Source of the DNA: Breznakia blatticola
GTDB taxonomy: Bacteria > Bacillota_I > Bacilli_A > Erysipelotrichales > Erysipelotrichaceae
Length of the DNA: 32,000 nt
Reading direction: 5' to 3'
NCBI RefSeq assembly: GCF_004365815.1
Contig: NZ_SODD01000004.1
Span: 1-32,000 of the forward strand
Below are positions 19,377 to 27,343 of this stretch, in pieces (position 1 is the stretch's first letter; every line of letters starts with the position of its first letter). The notes beneath the pieces are model-generated. The model saw only the letters and a list, made by a program, of their open reading frames with translations. It was not told where the DNA came from and searched no databases. The translations under genes were made by a program, and so were the position numbers.

Positions 19377-22249
19377 TGAAGTTACGATTGTATATTCAAA
19401 CCACATTCCGTGAAATTAAACAATCCTTTGGGCGTTTTATCGCTATTGTTTTGATTATTTTCATGGGTGTGCTTTTGTTTGTAGGAATCAAGTCAGTTGG
19501 ACCGGATTTAGAAAGTAGTCTACAACAAGTCATCGACAAACAAAGTATGTCAGATATCGTTGTACAATCCACGCTTGGTTTTTCACAACAAGATAAAGAA
19601 CAATTAGAAAGTAAACTGAAAACTGCAAATATTGATTTAGCTTATAGTTTTCCAGTAATTGAAGAAACAAAACAAAAAAACCTCCAAATATACGATATCG
19701 CAAAAAAATCGACACAAAACGAATTACTACTACAAGAGGGAAGTCTACCTTCAAATGCAGATGAAATTGTTGTGGATGAGCAACTAAAAAAGGAGTATCC
19801 ATTAGGTAGTGTCATGCAACTGGATGATGATGGATTAGTACATAAAGAGTTCCGCGTAGTTGGATATGTAAAATCTGTACTATTTATTGCAAATGCAGAG
19901 CGTGGTGTTACAAATATTGGTGATGGACAGTTACATGGATTTGCTTATGTTACAGATGATGCAATTGCTAGTGATGTGACTTCTATCATGTATATTCAAT
20001 TTCAAGACTTAGAAAATGTAGATATGTTTTCTAGTGAATATAAAACAAAACTACAAAGTTATACAAAAACACTGGATGATTTTTTAAGTGTGCGAAAAGT
20101 CGAACGCAAAGAAGAATTACAGCAAGATGCTTATACAACGATTCAAGAAAATGAAACTAAACTCAATGAGCAACAACAAGAATTGGATAATGCCAAAACC
20201 CAAGTGAGTACAGGACTATCAACCATTCAAAATCAAAAAGTTAATCTAGATACACAAAAGCAAGAAGTACAAGGACAAATCCAAAACTTACAAGATCAAA
20301 AAGCGACAGTGTTACAGCAAAAGGCACAAATTGAAGCACAATATGGTGCGGATGTTGCAAATGCACAATTTGAGCAACCATTGCAACAAATAGAAAACGG
20401 ATTACAACAAGCAAATGCTGGACTTGTTCAAATCGAGAGTGGACAACAAGAACTTGTTAAGCAAGAAGCAACACTTTTAAAAACACAAGCAACACTACTA
20501 GAAAATCAAACGAAAATAGATGAAGCAAAAGTTGAAATTGAACAGGCTAAGAGTGATATTGCTTCGATGCATGAAGCTACATATATTACAAACCAGCGAA
20601 AGGATTTACCTGGTTTTAGTGAATACACGAGTTTATCTGATAGAATCGATGCGATTGCCAATGCATTTCCTATCTTCTTTTTTGCAATTGCGATTCTTAT
20701 TACCTTTACGACAATTACACGAATGATCGAAGAAAATCGTAAAGAGATAGGAACTTTAAAAGCACTTGGATACCATAATGGAGAAATTGCAATCAAGTAT
20801 GTACTTTATGCACTCATTGCATCAAGTATTGGAATTGGAACAGGAGTACTTGTAGGAACAAAGTTACTTCCTGCCCTCGTGTTTACGATGCTGCAATCAC
20901 AATATATTATTCCAACATATGAAACCCATTATTGGAGTATTCCGATTTTGATTGCAACAGGGCTATCTTTAGCTAGTACACTGTGTTCAACTGCATATGT
21001 ACTAGTTAAAGATGTTAGAGAAAAACCAACCGTACTATTACAACCAAAAGCACCGAAGTCAGGTAAACGAATTTTGCTTGAGAGATTCTCTATACTTTGG
21101 TCACGTCTTAGTTTCCAAATGAAAGTCACATTCCGTAATATGTTTAGATATAAAGGTCGGTCCATCTTAACGATTAGTGGTATTGCTGGATGTTGTGGAT
21201 TGATGGTGACAGGTTTTGGTTTAATGTCTTCCATTGGAGCACCAGCAACACTTCAATTTGATGAACTTCAAAAAAGTGATGCGATTATTACCATGGAAAG
21301 TGATGTTGATCAAAGTATACTTGATCAAGTGGCTACCTTTATTACAAAAGATCCAAAAGTAAAACAAGTACTTGAGGTTTATAGCGAACAAGTCACATTT
21401 TCTGGTTCAGATGTAAGTAAGCAAAATGCATCTTTATATGTGCTAAATACAAACACTACATATACAGAGTTCTTTGATTTACGTGATTCAAGTAAACAAC
21501 TTTCCTTAGCAGAAGATGGAGTGATTATTAGTGATCGTCTTGCGCAAATATTTGATGTACAAGTAGGTGATCAAATTGAGATGGCAAATGCACAAGGAGA
21601 TGTATACACACTTAAAGTTAAAGGAATTGCTGAAAACTATCTAGGACATAACGTGTATGTATCAAGTACGTATTATGAAAATGTTACTGAGAAAGCGGTG
21701 CATGATAATACATTCTTAGTGAAGACTGATCATATGAATTCCCGTGCAGAGCAAGACTTACGTGAAGCACTTATGAAAAAAGAAGGTGTGCAAAATGTAA
21801 CCTATATGAGTACACAAAAAGATAAACAAGCAAAACTAGTCGATAGTTTATCACCAGTTGTGATTATTATTATCTTACTAAGTGGAACTTTAGCGTTTGT
21901 TGTGTTGTATAACCTGACAAATATCAATATATCTGAAAGGGAAAGGGAACTTGCAACACTGAAAGTACTAGGATTTCATAGTGAGGAAGTAACCATGCAT
22001 ATTGTTCGAGAAAACATATTCTTTACCATTATTGGTATCGTAATAGGGTTTGGTGTAGGTTATGTACTTACATGGTTTATTCTTGCAATGGCATCTTCTG
22101 ATTTGGCAGTATTCCCAGTAGTCATTAAAGGATACGCATATGCGATTGCAGCTGCTTTAACAATTGCATTTACACTTATTGTGACATGTATCACACATGT
22201 TAAATTAAAACATATTCATATGATTGAAGCTTTAAAATCCGTCGACTAA
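19376..22249 (+). CDS. ABC transporter permease with two FtsX/MacB-type domains and a coiled-coil insertion
   Basis: 957 aa, TAATG overlap with the ATPase gene. Layout: TM1 (aa ~21-38), large extracytoplasmic domain 1, FtsX TM bundle (aa ~430-560), TM (aa ~600-620), extracytoplasmic domain 2, second FtsX TM bundle (aa ~840-950). Residues ~240-397 are Gln/Glu/Lys-rich and heptad-like. Confidence 0.88.
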   Translation: MKLRLYIQTTFREIKQSFGRFIAIVLIIFMGVLLFVGIKSVGPDLESSLQQVIDKQSMSDIVVQSTLGFSQQDKEQLESKLKTANIDLAYSFPVIEETKQKNLQIYDIAKKSTQNELLLQEGSLPSNADEIVVDEQLKKEYPLGSVMQLDDDGLVHKEFRVVGYVKSVLFIANAERGVTNIGDGQLHGFAYVTDDAIASDVTSIMYIQFQDLENVDMFSSEYKTKLQSYTKTLDDFLSVRKVERKEELQQDAYTTIQENETKLNEQQQELDNAKTQVSTGLSTIQNQKVNLDTQKQEVQGQIQNLQDQKATVLQQKAQIEAQYGADVANAQFEQPLQQIENGLQQANAGLVQIESGQQELVKQEATLLKTQATLLENQTKIDEAKVEIEQAKSDIASMHEATYITNQRKDLPGFSEYTSLSDRIDAIANAFPIFFFAIAILITFTTITRMIEENRKEIGTLKALGYHNGEIAIKYVLYALIASSIGIGTGVLVGTKLLPALVFTMLQSQYIIPTYETHYWSIPILIATGLSLASTLCSTAYVLVKDVREKPTVLLQPKAPKSGKRILLERFSILWSRLSFQMKVTFRNMFRYKGRSILTISGIAGCCGLMVTGFGLMSSIGAPATLQFDELQKSDAIITMESDVDQSILDQVATFITKDPKVKQVLEVYSEQVTFSGSDVSKQNASLYVLNTNTTYTEFFDLRDSSKQLSLAEDGVIISDRLAQIFDVQVGDQIEMANAQGDVYTLKVKGIAENYLGHNVYVSSTYYENVTEKAVHDNTFLVKTDHMNSRAEQDLREALMKKEGVQNVTYMSTQKDKQAKLVDSLSPVVIIIILLSGTLAFVVLYNLTNINISERERELATLKVLGFHSEEVTMHIVRENIFFTIIGIVIGFGVGYVLTWFILAMASSDLAVFPVVIKGYAYAIAAALTIAFTLIVTCITHVKLKHIHMIEALKSVD

Positions 22250-22276
22250 AAAAACGCAGACACCTGCGTTTTTATT
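22247..22276. terminator. Bidirectional terminator between the permease (+) and PBP (-) genes
   Basis: AAAAAAACGCAG, loop ACAC, CTGCGTTTTT. A/T runs on both sides allow termination in both directions. Slightly overlaps the PBP stop. Confidence 0.7.
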
Positions 22277-23624
22277 TTACGATATTTGGGATTTGATTTA
22301 ATACACTGATAGCTGCATCCATTGCAGCACCTGTATAACTGGCATTTTCAACGATGAAGACAAATGCATATGGTGTATCATCATTTGCTGAGAAACCTAC
22401 AAACCATGCATGTGGATTATCATTTTCAACTTCAGCAGTACCCGTTTTTGCTGCAATATTTAAACCTGCAAAATTATAATCTCCATAGTTTTGCATTGTA
22501 TTATTTCGCATTAATTCTTGAAGCTTTTTAGCACTAGTTTCATCAAGTAAACGCGTATCACTTTCTGTCATCTTTGTAATCGATGATAGGAAAGAAGTAT
22601 CTTTAATGTAATGTGTGGCTTCTAATGTACCATCATTTGCAATTGCTGATACATATTCAAGAAACTGCATTGGATTAACCAGTGTTGTATATTGTCCAAT
22701 ACCTGCCCAAGCAAGATCTGCACTTGATGCATTTTCTAGATTGAAACGCGATGGGCTTGTTTTTGCACCATCGATATTTGTGCTTGCGGTTAAACCACTT
22801 TTATCTACATAGTTTGCTAGGGTATCATTACCTAATTGATTTGCAATTAAACCAAAAGCTACATTACATGAGTTGGCAAGTGCTTGCTCAAATGTTTGAT
22901 GACCATGGACACCATTACATTCAATCCATTGGTCGCCAATGGTAATTCCACCTTGACAATCAAATGTTTGACTTTCAATGTCACTGATGTTTTCAATTGC
23001 TGCATATGTAGTGACAAGTTTCATAATTGAACCAGGAACATATAAACCATTAAGTACACGATTTAAGTAAATACCATCTTCATCACTAGCATCATCACTT
23101 GGTGGGTTATCTGGATCAAATGATGGTTTTGATACCATTGTTAGAACTTCACCTGTTTTGTAGTTCATAATCGCAACAGCACCATGATTTGCACCTAGTG
23201 ATTGATAGGCTAAACTTGATAATTGTGCATTGATGGTTAGTTGCATTTCATGCTCTTTACTTTTTGAATCGAAAAGACCATTTAGAACATTGTAACCAAT
23301 TAGTTTATCTCGTTTTGTAGTTAAAATACTATTTGAAATGCTATCATTTTTATCACCAATTGTGTGTAAGGTTGCTAAACGAACATTCATATCATCTGCA
23401 TACATCATTCCATTTGCACTAGAACTTAGTAAACGCACACCATCAGAAGAATATATTTCTCCAGCAACGGTAAGTTCTCCATCGTGATAAATGTTTTGAT
23501 TGGTTTGATAACTGACCCAACTACTTGCACCAGTAATGTAGTCACTTGCAAAGATCGCTGCACATGCAATAAAGGCAACCATTAAGATAACTAAGTACTT
23601 TGCTCTTGCAGAGATTCGTTTCAT
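22272..23624 (-). CDS. Class B penicillin-binding protein (PBP2/PbpA-like transpeptidase)
   Basis: 450 aa. N-terminal membrane anchor (YLVILMVAFIACAAIF), short pedestal domain, transpeptidase motifs SxxK (PGSIMKL), SxN (NSCNVAF), KTG (AAKTGTAE). ATG overlaps the upstream SEDS stop (TAATG). Confidence 0.88.
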   Translation of the reverse strand: MKRISARAKYLVILMVAFIACAAIFASDYITGASSWVSYQTNQNIYHDGELTVAGEIYSSDGVRLLSSSANGMMYADDMNVRLATLHTIGDKNDSISNSILTTKRDKLIGYNVLNGLFDSKSKEHEMQLTINAQLSSLAYQSLGANHGAVAIMNYKTGEVLTMVSKPSFDPDNPPSDDASDEDGIYLNRVLNGLYVPGSIMKLVTTYAAIENISDIESQTFDCQGGITIGDQWIECNGVHGHQTFEQALANSCNVAFGLIANQLGNDTLANYVDKSGLTASTNIDGAKTSPSRFNLENASSADLAWAGIGQYTTLVNPMQFLEYVSAIANDGTLEATHYIKDTSFLSSITKMTESDTRLLDETSAKKLQELMRNNTMQNYGDYNFAGLNIAAKTGTAEVENDNPHAWFVGFSANDDTPYAFVFIVENASYTGAAMDAAISVLNQIPNIVK

Positions 23625-25378
23625 TACTCTTCACCTCCAACATCAACAGGTTTTACTTCTTGGTGTTCATTTGGTGTCGCATAGTTTAATGAGGCACTGA
23701 TAAAGCTAAGTAACCCCCAACTTCCTACAATACTACTACCACCGTTACTTACAAATGGCAGGGTAACTCCAGTGAAAGGAAGTACATCAAGTGCTCCAAA
23801 TATATTGAGTGCAGCTTGAATAACAAACATACCAGCTGCAGCACATGCGGCAATTACATAATAACTACTTCGTGCAACTTTATGCGAACGAATAGCACCT
23901 AGTAATATTACTAAAAACATAATTGAGACCATGATGGCAATCAATAGCCCCCATTCTTCACCAATCATGGCAATAACGATATCCGTATCAGCAGCAAAGA
24001 TATTTTTCGCAAATCCATTTCCAACACCAAGACCTAACAGTCCACCACTAGCTAGTGCAATAAGCGCACTTGCTTGTTGATATCCTGAATCATACATATG
24101 TGCAAATACATGTCGCCAAGTTTCAAATCGACGCATAATATATGGACGAAAACTTAACACCATAAGTCCACCCAATCCAGAAACAAGTAATGTCATAAAG
24201 ATTGCTTTGATATCTCCACTTGTCATAAACATCAAAATAATGAGAGTAACAAAGAATATTAATGCAGTTCCAAAATCTCCCATTAAGAATAGTAAACCAA
24301 CACATGCAGTTGAATAGACAATCAAATTTCTTAGATTCTTACTTTTAAATAGCCAGTTGAGTGTTGCACTACTGGCAAAGATAAAGAGCACTTTTACTAA
24401 CTCGGAGGTTTGTAAACTCAGTGGTCCAAGACGAATCCAGTTGGTTTGTCCATTGATATTACTTCCAAACACAAGGGTAAATGCAAGAATAAGAATGGAT
24501 AATAATGCAGCATAACGACGCAATTTCATAATTGTATCTAAATTTTGTAAGGCTAGACATAAAATAATATAAAGTACAATTCCAATAATACATGCTAATA
24601 ATTGCTTATAGACATCTTGCGGATTAGCGCTAGCAATCATACTAAATCCAATGGTAGTAAGAAAAAATGCAGCAGCTTCCGCTCCTAAGTTTTTAAGTTT
24701 TAGCATTTTACCGATTGGAATACAAATCCAAGGTAAGATAAATAATGCACCAAAACTTAAAAATATTTCTTTGTGATAGGTTGCATCAATTGCAAAATAC
24801 ATTTGGATGCAAGTCAAGATTTGAAAGATGTTCAATAACACCATTGCTTTAGTATAACTACCATCTTTACGTCCAATGAACTTCAACCTTTGCATAAATT
24901 TAAAAGAAAGACGTTTCTTTTGTTTATGTAGTTTTTCTTCATATGCTTTGATATTGTCATATGTTGGTGGTTGAATGACCATCTCTACACCAGAAAGGGA
25001 AATCGTATCACCCATATGAATTGGTGTTTGATCATCTGCTTTTTGATCATTTACCAGTATATCGCCAGCAAAGCGTGTATCTGTTAAGTTCCAATATCCA
25101 TCATCATTCATGACCAAAACAGCATGTTGTTTAGAGATAAATCGTAAATTAATGATGACATCACACGTAGAAGCTCGTCCAATTGTCACTTCATAATTCG
25201 TGATTGGTATTTTTTCGACTCCGTTACCTACGTTTAAGACAGCTAAGATTCGTTGCTTTTCTTGACGGTATAAAATTAAGCGTTTAATTTCAATAAAAAT
25301 CAAAAATGCCAGCAATACGAAAACATATCTGGCAAAGCGTAAATAGTGAGGTTCGATTAATTGTAATATAAAATCCAT
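23624..25378 (-). CDS. FHA-domain::SEDS (FtsW/RodA/SpoVE family) fusion protein
   Basis: ORF 23624-25426 trimmed to ATG 25378 (MDFILQLIEPHY...), preceded by AAAGGAAG. Contains an N-terminal TM helix and an FHA domain (VTIGRASTCDVIINLRFISKQHAVLVMNDDGYWNLTD...GDILVND...GDTISLSGVEMVI; plus coords ~24968-25243). A polytopic SEDS domain follows, ending in LPFTGVTLPFVSNGGSS. Confidence 0.85.
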   Translation of the reverse strand: MDFILQLIEPHYLRFARYVFVLLAFLIFIEIKRLILYRQEKQRILAVLNVGNGVEKIPITNYEVTIGRASTCDVIINLRFISKQHAVLVMNDDGYWNLTDTRFAGDILVNDQKADDQTPIHMGDTISLSGVEMVIQPPTYDNIKAYEEKLHKQKKRLSFKFMQRLKFIGRKDGSYTKAMVLLNIFQILTCIQMYFAIDATYHKEIFLSFGALFILPWICIPIGKMLKLKNLGAEAAAFFLTTIGFSMIASANPQDVYKQLLACIIGIVLYIILCLALQNLDTIMKLRRYAALLSILILAFTLVFGSNINGQTNWIRLGPLSLQTSELVKVLFIFASSATLNWLFKSKNLRNLIVYSTACVGLLFLMGDFGTALIFFVTLIILMFMTSGDIKAIFMTLLVSGLGGLMVLSFRPYIMRRFETWRHVFAHMYDSGYQQASALIALASGGLLGLGVGNGFAKNIFAADTDIVIAMIGEEWGLLIAIMVSIMFLVILLGAIRSHKVARSSYYVIAACAAAGMFVIQAALNIFGALDVLPFTGVTLPFVSNGGSSIVGSWGLLSFISASLNYATPNEHQEVKPVDVGGEE

Positions 25379-25543
25379 AGCACACTTCCTTTTACACATT
25401 GTATAGAATTGGACTACAAAAAACAAGAAATAGCATATTACAAAGATGTAAGTTTATATAGAGTTGACAAATGTTTGTGAAAAATGACAAGATGTTCGTA
25501 GTGATTGTTCGTACAATGACAGTACAAGAAAGAGGATAGAAAT

Positions 25544-26416
25544 ATGAACTGGATGGATGCACTAACAAAAGGATTGAACTATATTGAGAAACACTTAATG
25601 GAAAATGTCACAGTAAATGAGGTTGCTTGTTCTGTTGGAATCTCACCGATGTATTTCCAACAAAGTTTTAAAATCGTGACTGGTTATACTGTAGGAGAGT
25701 ACATTCGTAATCGCAAACTATACTTAGCTGCACTAGATGTACTTCAAGCAAAAGAGAAGATGATCGATATTGCATATACTTATGGTTATGAAACACCTGA
25801 GAGTTTTAGTAAAGCTTTCACACGAATGCATGGAGTTTCTCCAACAAAGTTACAACAACATCCATCCAAGATTACAATATTTCAACCTCTACGACTTGTA
25901 ATTGATGTCAAAGGAGGACAAGATATGCAAAATTTTGCAAAAGACAAAGACGTAATGAAAATGATTGGTAAAAAGTATGAAGTGGTGTATGAAACTGCTT
26001 ATCAAGAGATTCCAAAGTATTGGGAAATATACCGCAAAGAGTGTATGAATCCGAATTCTAAAGAAGTAGCAGTATATAAAAAACATCACATTGGTGAGTT
26101 TGCAGTAAGTTTTGATCAACGTCAAGAAAGCGGTTCATTCGATTATTATATTGCAGGTATGTATGAAGGTGGAGAAGTTCCTGAAGGATTCACACTATTT
26201 GAAGTTCCTGCAAGTACATGGATGATTTTCCCAGTTGTTGGTCCAATGCCACACGCACTTCAAACAACAAACACAAGAATCTTTAAAGAATGGATTCCTA
26301 ATCACCCTGAATATGAAATTTCTTTACCAATTAGTATTGAATGGTACAAAAACGGACAAATCGAAGATTACGATTTCGAAAGTGCTATTTGGATTCCAAT
26401 TAAAGATAAAGCATAA
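25544..26416 (+). CDS. AraC/XylS family regulator with C-terminal GyrI-like effector-binding domain (Rob-like architecture)
   Basis: 290 aa. N-terminal double HTH (VNEVACSVGISPMYFQQSFKIVTG...IDIAYTYGYETPESFSKAFTRMHGVSPTKL). C-terminal ~160 aa has a GyrI/SbmC-like pattern (EFAVSF...YYIAG...FEVPASTWMIF...YEISLPISIEWY). RBS AAGAGGA upstream. Confidence 0.85.
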   Translation: MNWMDALTKGLNYIEKHLMENVTVNEVACSVGISPMYFQQSFKIVTGYTVGEYIRNRKLYLAALDVLQAKEKMIDIAYTYGYETPESFSKAFTRMHGVSPTKLQQHPSKITIFQPLRLVIDVKGGQDMQNFAKDKDVMKMIGKKYEVVYETAYQEIPKYWEIYRKECMNPNSKEVAVYKKHHIGEFAVSFDQRQESGSFDYYIAGMYEGGEVPEGFTLFEVPASTWMIFPVVGPMPHALQTTNTRIFKEWIPNHPEYEISLPISIEWYKNGQIEDYDFESAIWIPIKDKA

Positions 26417-26420
26417 ATCA

Positions 26421-26453
26421 AAAAAAGTTGGTCAGCTACGATCAACTTTTTTT
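26421..26453. terminator. Bidirectional terminator between the convergent AraC-type and MerR-type genes
   Basis: AAAAAAGTTGGTC (26421-26433), loop AGCTAC, GATCAACTTTTTTT (26440-26453, one G-U pair). Overlaps the last codons of the MerR-type gene. Confidence 0.7.
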
Positions 26454-27271
26454 ATTGGTAATTTTGTTTCCATCATAATCTTGGTGCGATATTTACTTGG
26501 GTCTTGTTGGTTCAATCGACTAAATAAATAGTCTTCATAAACATATTCACCAAGCGGTATGTCGTGTTCTTTTGCATAATCAAGCAGTTTATTGTATGTG
26601 ACAGGTAAACTATCGTAGTCACCTTGATGAATAATAGTGAGCATCATTATTTCTTTACGAAGGGTAGTAACACCTTTGATATATTTGTTGGCTTCTGTGT
26701 ATAAAAAGTCAGGTGTACTAAAATCTTTTGTATTTAGTGTATCAATACGCATTACATATTTTACGTTTTTTTGAATAACGAGCATGTGCTTATTTGCATA
26801 GGTTTGAAAATTAATAAGTGATAAAGTTAAATCCTTTTCCTTACCATGTTTGATGGGATAACTTAAGATGATGTTTTGTTTTGGATAATAATCGATTGTA
26901 ATTTCATCAGCTTTGACTTGCATTCCTTCATTTGTATTTGAAGCAAAGCGTTGAACCATTTGCGATATTGCTTTAAGTTCATCTATTTGACTTTGGATTT
27001 TCTTTTCCTTTTCTTCAAGTAGGGAAATAAATAGTTCTGGTGATCGTTTTTCTAAATAAAACTTAATATCTTCTAACGACATATTCATTTTTTGCAGACA
27101 TTTGATCATTTCAAATGTATCAAATTGACGATATGTATAATAGCGATAGCCATTTTCTTTTGTATATACAGGAGAGAATAAACCTATTTCATCATAGTAA
27201 AATAATACGTGTTTCTCTACACCACACAGTTTTGCGAACTCTCCTGAAGTTAAATATGTATTCTTTTTCAC
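26432..27271 (-). CDS. MerR family regulator with C-terminal GyrI-like ligand domain (BmrR-like)
   Basis: 279 aa. GTG start at 27271 with AGGAG 7 nt upstream. MerR HTH ([44 protein letters not shown]), coiled-coil dimerisation helix ([23 protein letters not shown]), C-terminal effector-binding domain. Confidence 0.88.
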   Translation of the reverse strand: MKKNTYLTSGEFAKLCGVEKHVLFYYDEIGLFSPVYTKENGYRYYTYRQFDTFEMIKCLQKMNMSLEDIKFYLEKRSPELFISLLEEKEKKIQSQIDELKAISQMVQRFASNTNEGMQVKADEITIDYYPKQNIILSYPIKHGKEKDLTLSLINFQTYANKHMLVIQKNVKYVMRIDTLNTKDFSTPDFLYTEANKYIKGVTTLRKEIMMLTIIHQGDYDSLPVTYNKLLDYAKEHDIPLGEYVYEDYLFSRLNQQDPSKYRTKIMMETKLPIKKVDRS

Positions 27272-27288
27272 TTTCTTTCTCCTATGTG

Positions 27289-27319
27289 TTGACTGTAAGG
27301 TTACCTTATAGTTTAGATT
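27289..27319 (+). promoter_or_regulatory. MerR-type promoter with 19-bp spacer and embedded operator, driving the ABC exporter genes
   Basis: -35 TTGACT (27289-27294), 19-bp spacer (27295-27313), -10 TAGATT (27314-27319). The spacer contains the perfect palindrome TAAGGT-T-ACCTTA (27296-27308). Confidence 0.65.
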
Positions 27320-27343
27320 AAGAGGATTTACAAGAGGTGAAGT

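Noticed and set aside
20150-20520. CAA/CAG-rich repetitive-looking DNA in the permease gene, considered as a possible tandem repeat or array.
   Set aside because: No unit of fixed length repeats at the DNA level. The pattern is compositional (Gln/Glu/Lys codons of a coiled coil), stays in frame and is flanked by the FtsX domains of the same ORF.
16832-22249. Opine-type metallophore locus (staphylopine/pseudopaline-like cnt cluster) formed by the opine dehydrogenase plus ABC transporter.
   Set aside because: The defining nicotianamine-synthase-like enzyme (CntL) and histidine racemase (CntK) are absent. The ABC system is a MacB/FtsX exporter type, not an Opp/Nik-type importer with a binding protein. 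Only the dehydrogenase family membership is shared.
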